The position numbers and the translations under genes are program-made. The notes below the pieces were generated by a model. That model saw nothing but the letters and a program-made list of their open reading frames with translations. It did no database searches and was not told the origin of the DNA. A DNA stretch of 64,000 nt from Octopus vulgaris (Eukaryota), in NCBI GenBank assembly GCA_951406725.2, contig OX597815.1, positions 153,512,001 through 153,576,000 on the forward strand, in the 5' to 3' direction. This document shows positions 1-64,000 of the stretch, in pieces (position 1 is the stretch's first letter; each line of letters opens with the position of its first letter).

Positions 1-1452
1 TGTATATATATATATGTCTGTGCAGGAGTAAGTGTTTCTGTGTGAGAGGTCAAAGAATGTTCCATGTTGCTATATATTTTCTAGGCCACCAAACCACCAG
101 ATGTTGTTACTGTTTGTTGCTCAGTCCCAGATCAAATGAACATAGGATTAAACGTTTTCATTCCAGCAATAATCATTCCATCAACATAATGAATCCAAGA
201 CTACATTATCCAATATGTACTTCCTTTTTATAAATCAGTAGGGTGTGTTTTGAAGTGTGATTTGGCTACTATTTCTAGCAGATTAAGTGATTCTATAGGA
301 AGAAGTTTGATGGAATATAAAGATGTAAAGAGAAACAAAAGTGAAAAAAACAATACAAATCAAAACACAAAAGTACATTTTGTTGTTGCAATGGTAGTCA
401 TCTCTTACTAAAACATATAATCAGATTTCTTGTGCCAAGATTCTTTACCAAAAGTCTTTGTTATCAACAATGAGGTATATTGATCTAGTGAAGCCTTATG
501 TTTTTCTTAAGTTTATGTTGTGCTTTTTCTCCTCCTATCTATTTCTGATTTGATAATCAATTCAATCATATTGTTGTTGCCATCCAGTTATAGAATTATT
601 CTTAGAATTTTGGCTCTCTCGCTGTTTATTGTAATTTCATTTCTAACCTAGATGAAAAATTTCAAAAGTTGAAAGTAGATTTCAATGTTTCTGTATTGTT
701 AATATAACTTGTCTCTTTCACTGCTAGAATTTCACTGTTACTAAAGGAATTAAAATAACTCTTGTGTACAATGTTAAAATAGAAGATTACTAACAAATTT
801 CCTGCAAGGTTGTGAGTCTAAGTTCCATTTAGGAAATTTGATTTGTTGCAGTTGTTGCAGTTATAATGTGTAGTTACAAGTCACAGCAACAGGTATTATA
901 AGCCCTTGGGCAAATCAGTGCACAGAGACTTATAGTATTTGTTTATTGACAGCAAGCCACAGTATACTTAGATCAGAAGTGGGCCCTTAGATCAATGAGG
1001 CCCCAGGTAACTGGCCAGTGTACCTCTGCAGGTATACAGATGTACCTGGAGACTGAAGAGATAGTCACACAGGACAACATACCTGAACATTGGCTGACTA
1101 ATTGAATGTCATCAAATAATAATGACACTCAAGTAGTGAACCAAATGTATAAACATAGCCCACATATCCATCATTTCAAGTAATTGCTATGCTGATGACA
1201 CCTATTGAGACAGAAACACATGTCCACAGTTGTCCTTTTGTCTTCAGACAACCAGACTGTCTTTTTCTTAATGCTTTTCTTTTTTAATATTTTGGAGCAT
1301 TATCTTCTTTTCTCATTTGGAATTACTACCAACCGTAACCAAATGATTGGTCTGACTTCTCTGGAAGCAGAAATTTCAAGAATTCAAGAATTTATTTTGT
1401 ATGCTATTTAATATACCCTTATCCATATTTGTTTTATTTACATATATATATA

Positions 1453-1650
1453 GGTGCAGGCATGGCTGTGTAGTAAGAAGCTTGCTTCCCAGCCACATGG
1501 TTCCATGTTCAGTTTTACTGTGTGGCACCTGGACAAGTGTCTTCTTCTATAGCCTCAGACTAACCAAAGCCTTGTGAGAGGATTTGGTAAAGAAGCCTGT
1601 TGTATATGTGTGCGTGTGTGTGTACATGCGCATGCGCACATGCATGTATG

Positions 1651-1681
<31 letters not shown>

Positions 1682-1800
1682 TGTGTATCTATGTGTGTGT
1701 ATCTTTCTAACTGTGTTTGTCCCACCACCACCACTTGATAACCGGTGTTGGTGTGTTTATGTCCCTGTAATTTAACAGTTATGCAAAGAGACCAATAGAA
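1453..1800 (+). mobile_element. tRNA-derived SINE family A (internal (TG)n/(TA)n)
   Basis: GGTGCAGGCATGGCTGTGT..TAAGAAGCTTGCTTCCC head with A/B-box-like motifs; other copies at about 10728-11040(+), 15850-15997(-), 21020-21160(-), 28591-29220(+), 37088-37490(-), 43490-43917(-). Confidence 0.85.
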
Positions 1801-2452
1801 TACTGCTCCTACCACTCGCTCTCCCAGCCACCCTCTTCTACCTTTTGTCTTCTCCAGCTCTTTGTTTATCCACTCTTCAGCCCTACATATTTTTCAGTCA
1901 TCCTCCTATCCCCTCATTCTCTTTCCCATACAGTCTTGTGAACAGCTCTCCCATCCATGCTCTTGTAATCAGTTTGTACATTGAGGGACAACCTGGTCAT
2001 CTTATCACTATTATCTATCTCTTGCATCTCCTACTCACCATTTTCCTTTTTCTGTCTCCCTTTCCCATATTAGATGTGATTGCCATGCAGATCCCTCTAC
2101 AAGAAGCTGCTTTTCTCCTCCACCCTCATAGTAATCCCCTCATTCCTTAGCATGAAAGTGAGCTCCTAACACCCCCAGAGTTCACCCTCCTGTGAATCGT
2201 GTAGTAACTTCAAAAGTGCAGGTAGCACATAGAAAGCACCCAGCCCATGCTGTAGAGTGGTTGGCATTAGGAAGCACATCCAGCCACAGAAACTGAGCCA
2301 AAGCAGATACAGGTGCAGGATGGAGTCTTTGGACACATCAGATCCTATCAAACCATGCAACCTATGCCACCATGGAACATGGAGTTAACGATGGTAATAA
2401 TGAACTGATATTTCCTCATATATTTCCATCATATGTGAATTATATACTTTGG

Positions 2453-2495
<43 letters not shown>

Positions 2496-2808
2496 TTAAC
2501 ATCCGCTTTCCATGCTAGCATGGGTTGGACGATTTGACTGAGGTCTAGCAAATCAGACTCCAATCTGATCTGGCAGAGTTTCTACAGCTGGATGCCCTTC
2601 CTAATGCCAACCACTCCAAGAGTGTAGTGGGTGCTTTTATGTGCCACTGGCACAAGGGCCAGTTTGGTGGTACTGGCAACGGCCACACTCAAATGGTGCT
2701 TTTTATGTGCCACCTGCACAGGAGCCAGTCCAGCAGCACTGGCAACAACCTCGCTCAAGAAATCATTATTTAGTTATTGATATAATAATAAATGTCTTCA
2801 CTTTTTAG

Positions 2809-59986
<57,178 letters not shown>

Positions 59987-59995
59987 TTCCTTAAT

Positions 59996-60001
59996 AATAA
60001 A
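59996..60001 (+). promoter_or_regulatory. Candidate polyadenylation signal AATAAA
   Basis: AATAAA begins 10 nt after the stop codon; AT-rich context makes a chance hit plausible. Confidence 0.35.
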
Positions 60002-60892
60002 TACAGTGAATGCTGATGAAGAGAGGCATTATTTCTGCAAACTGAGTTCAGTTCATACCCTGGTTAGAGCAATTTCCATTCTATGTTGTCAGTGTCATTG
60101 AAGAACACATGACAATCACATAATCACGTTTGTTTCTTTTCCTTAAAATATATGAAGTCTTATATTTATTCAGTATTGTTTTCTTGAGTATCAGATGAAC
60201 AATGTCGTAAAATTTATTCTGGATTTTACATTCTGAAATTAACTCTCATCAAGGCCAACTTTGCTTTCCAACCTTCTACAGTTAATAAAATATAGTACTT
60301 GTCAAGAATCGGGGTCAATGGCATCAATTTACACCTTCCCATTGAATTTCAGGCTTTGAAACAATTACGTTGCAAATAAAATTTATCAATGTCAGGCATA
60401 TCATATTGATTACACAACTATACTAAACTCATAATATAATAATACACATATGAAGGTGGCAAGCTGGCAGAATCATAAGCTTCCCAGCCAAAATGTTTCA
60501 AGGCATCTCATCTGTATTTATGTTCTGAGTCCAAATTCTGCCGAAGTTGACTTTGTCTTTCATCTTTTTGGGGTCAATAAAATGAGTACCCATTGAACAC
60601 TAGTCAATGTAATCAACTAAGTCACATCCCCCAAAATTTCAGGCCTTGTGCCTATTGTAGAAATAAACATTATTATTAGAATAGTGATTGGTAGAATTGC
60701 TAATATATTGGACTGACTGCCTTGCAGCATTCACTCCATTTCTTTATGTTCTGAGTTCAAATCCTACCATGGTCAACTTTGTCTTTCATTCTTTTGGTGT
60801 TGATAAAATATAATACTAGTCAAGTACTGGAATTGATGTAACAAACTAATTCTTCCCTTAGAATTCCTTGCCTTGTACCTAAATAAGGAAAC

Positions 60893-60928
<36 letters not shown>

Positions 60929-61622
60929 GCTAATTTGTGTGTCTGGCTATTTTATCAGTGTGTTACACTTTCGCCTAAGTAGGTAATAACTTGAATGAAG
61001 AAATATATAGAGAAGGGGAAAGAGAGAAAACAAAGAGAGGGAAAGAGAGAAAGAAAGAGGAAGAAGGTCTATATTATTTTGCATTTATCAGGTTCAAATC
61101 ATAGGCACAGTTGAAATGTTTAACATAATGTGACAATGTTATGAAGATCTAAAAATCATGCATTAAGAGATCTATTGACAGATAGTTATATTAAACTGAA
61201 ATAAATAAATAGTAAGCAAATAGCTGTGAATGTTACACTATTATCTTTTGTGCATTCAAGACCAAAAGCTGTGGCCATACTGGGGCACCATCATTATTCT
61301 TTTTGTTATTAGGTTTAGACACTTATCTGCATTGTGAGAGTAGACAGATACATACATTGCAAAATGAAAAGTAAATATAATTAGCTAGCAAGATAGGCAG
61401 GTACATAGGCGAGTCTATTGATATATCAATATATATATGCAGACAGAGAGATATATTAATAGATATATGGATAGGTAGCTAAACTGAAATGAAATGAAAC
61501 TAATATCAATTGGTAAATAACTTGAACTGAGGCTTGGTCGTAGTTGGACAGTGAAAAGTATATTTTTTTTTAAATAAATATGAAGAAGTTTTACCATTTT
61601 AATTCATCATTTATTTCTTTAA

Positions 61623-61832
61623 CCCTTTAGCATTTAATCCAGCCAGACTATTCCTCCTGTTCAGTGTTAAAATTGTTCATATCCAGCCTTTCACACCTAC
61701 CCAACAATGTTATTCTAAAAACGTATAAACCCACAGTTGAAATTATGAAGCTAGAAGATAATGTATGATTGATTCAAAACAAAGTGAATAAATAGAGAAT
61801 ACATTTGACAAAAAAATCTGAATACTAAAGGG
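61623..61832. mobile_element. piggyBac-type MITE, second family
   Basis: TTAA|CCCTTTAGCATT ... AATACTAAAGGG|TTAA. Confidence 0.8.
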
Positions 61833-64000
61833 TTAAGTTAGAAGCACCTCATAAAAGAAGGTAACTAACCAATATCTTTTAAATTCATTTCAATTACATT
61901 TAAAAGTACAGTTTTGATTAAAAGGCAGGATTTCAACTTTTTTCTTTTGAAATTTTTCGCTTGTGTTTAATATATTAACATAATGTCTTCTAATATGATG
62001 CATTTCCACAGGTCCTGCTAGTTATTATTTAAGGCAGTAAAGGAAGCAAGTTGGCAGAATATTTATTATGCCATGTGAAATGCTTAGCAGTGTTTCATGT
62101 CTTCATGCTCTGAGTTCAAATTCCACTGGGGTCGACTTTACCTTTCATCCCTTCGGGATTAATGAAATAAGTACCAGCTGAGCACTGGGGTCGGTGTAAA
62201 CGACTATCCCCACCCCCAAATTTTAGGCCTTGTGCTTATAGTAGAAAGGGTTATTATGATTATTTATCCTTGTAATGTCCTCCTTATCTGATGCCTCTGT
62301 GGCAAATAAAAGGAATCGTTATCATCATAATCTATGCACTACAAGGAGAATGAATAGAGTCAACTGCTTAGAGCAACAGCTGGTGAGAGAACAGGTGATT
62401 ATATCAATCCTGGTACTTATTTTATTACCTTTAGAAGGAAGAAAGCAAACTCGTCTTTGACATAAACATAACATAAGATCATACTATCTTTCTGTTTCCT
62501 AATATTCTTTTCTACTCTAAGCACAAGGCATGAAATTTTGGGGGAGGGGGCAGTTGATTAGACTGACCCCAGTATGCAACTGGTACTTAATTTATCGACA
62601 CCAAAAGGATGAAAGGCAAAGTCAACCTAATATTGATACTATGTTTGTTCGATAAAATTCCATAGTTTGCTTATGTAATTCTCTTGTTATTACAAATAAA
62701 AAAAAAACTATGGTGTAATTAATATATGGAATTTTGGTTATATTAGATTAGTAACTATGACTTTCATCATATTTCATGTGATCTTCCTTCCATAAATTAA
62801 TGATCTTCTCATTATCACTTCTTAGTACACATTCTCTTTATACACAAGAGATCATCCTTTATTCCTACTTAACCTTCTGTACAGAAATAATCTTCACAAC
62901 TTACTTCAGACTTGCAGTGTTTTCAAAAAACATCCACCAATAAGGATATGGCAACCTACTGCCTTTCAACTACACCAAGGACAGCCACTACACTTATCAA
63001 AGAAATAATCACACAACACATGCACTGCTCATGAGCAATAGATAGCTACAACTTTTGGTAATTTGAAAAGCCACTACAAGGTCAATCAACCTGCTAAAAT
63101 AGTAGTTAAATCTTTCTGAAATCACACATATTCATCTTCAAGAAGGAAAAATCGCATTAAACCACATAGTTCTAGTGACCCCTAAAATAACAGGATAGTG
63201 ATGGCTGGAATACTTTTTGTTATAGTTCTGCTCAGAGTTCATTTTTGACTAAACAACAACAACAGCAGCAGCCACTGCCGCCACCACCACCATCTATGGC
63301 AAACACACAGGTATAATATTGCCAATATTGCATTCTAAACACAAGGCTTCCTCTTCAGAAAATAAAATACTTCAATCTTGACCAGTTGTTGTATTGTTAT
63401 AAAGCTCATGTGTGATCTAAATTAGAGCATTACTTACATATATGGAACAGTACTGCTATATAAATACAAACTTATACTGCAAAGAAAAACAAATGGTTAT
63501 CTGGTTGGTGTGCAAATATTCTTTCATCTACACCTTACAAGCACTCACCCACACATCCTGTTTTCTTTCTCTCTCAGTCACTTCTGCTGATACTAAAATG
63601 ATTTTTATTCTCTTGAATAGCTTAGCTGCAAACCACTTCTATCTAAATCTACAGAGGGGTATCCAGAAGTCATAACTTGGATCCAGCCCAGCCCCCTTAG
63701 AGTGTAAGGAGATAAGGTCCAAAACACTTGCATAAGGAGGAAGGGCTTCTTCTTCGAAGATCTTCTACTGCTCAGCTTTCCTTAGAGTTCCTTACTACAG
63801 CATCCTACCTACATCTAACCCTATTCAATGCAGCTATCTCTCCTCTACTTAGAATCACCACTGTATCACTTCACCAACTCTCCAAACTAAACATGCTTCT
63901 CAGTTCTTCTTCCCAGATCTGCAGCTTACTGGTTTGTACTGGAGGAAGGGCATGTGTTCATAGTCTTTGCAAGCCTTCAGCTAGTTACTTTGTTCTAAGA

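Noticed and set aside
1-2808. N-terminal DNAI1 exons or promoter
   Set aside because: I could not find the expected preceding motif (TRIL.ANNP.AP.NIVR.SFK) or a start exon; they probably lie upstream of the window.
63700-64000. Start of a neighbouring gene at the window end
   Set aside because: No clear exon; weak resemblance to a frameshifted LINE ORF2 C-terminus (FFPR...W), too degraded to call.

Overview
Eukaryotic, AT-rich, microsatellite- and SINE-dense animal DNA. The repeat families resemble those I recall from Octopus genomes; that species assignment is inference. One plus-strand gene spans the window: the axonemal dynein intermediate chain DNAI1 (outer-arm WD40 intermediate chain). 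I traced 15 phase-compatible GT-AG coding exons from 2809 to the stop at 59986 (1806 nt, 601 aa); the N-terminal exons appear to lie upstream of the window. The introns hold many dead mobile elements: a near full-length hAT transposon, Tc1/mariner elements of three catalytic spacings (DD34D, DD37D, DD37E), CR1, R4/Dong and RTE LINE fragments, Penelope-like GIY-YIG fragments, Helitron-like and TTAA (piggyBac-type) MITEs, foldback elements, and at least five SINE-like families. I see no clearly new multi-gene system. The best leads are: several symmetric in-frame candidate microexons in the 12.5 kb last intron; a recursive-splice-like AG/GTAAGA start on one exon; a CpG-decayed hammerhead ribozyme motif split by the hAT insertion; SINEs with swapped tails or expandable hairpin arrays; and long intronic inverted repeats that could be dsRNA editing substrates. 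Exon coordinates were counted by hand; repeat boundaries are approximate.
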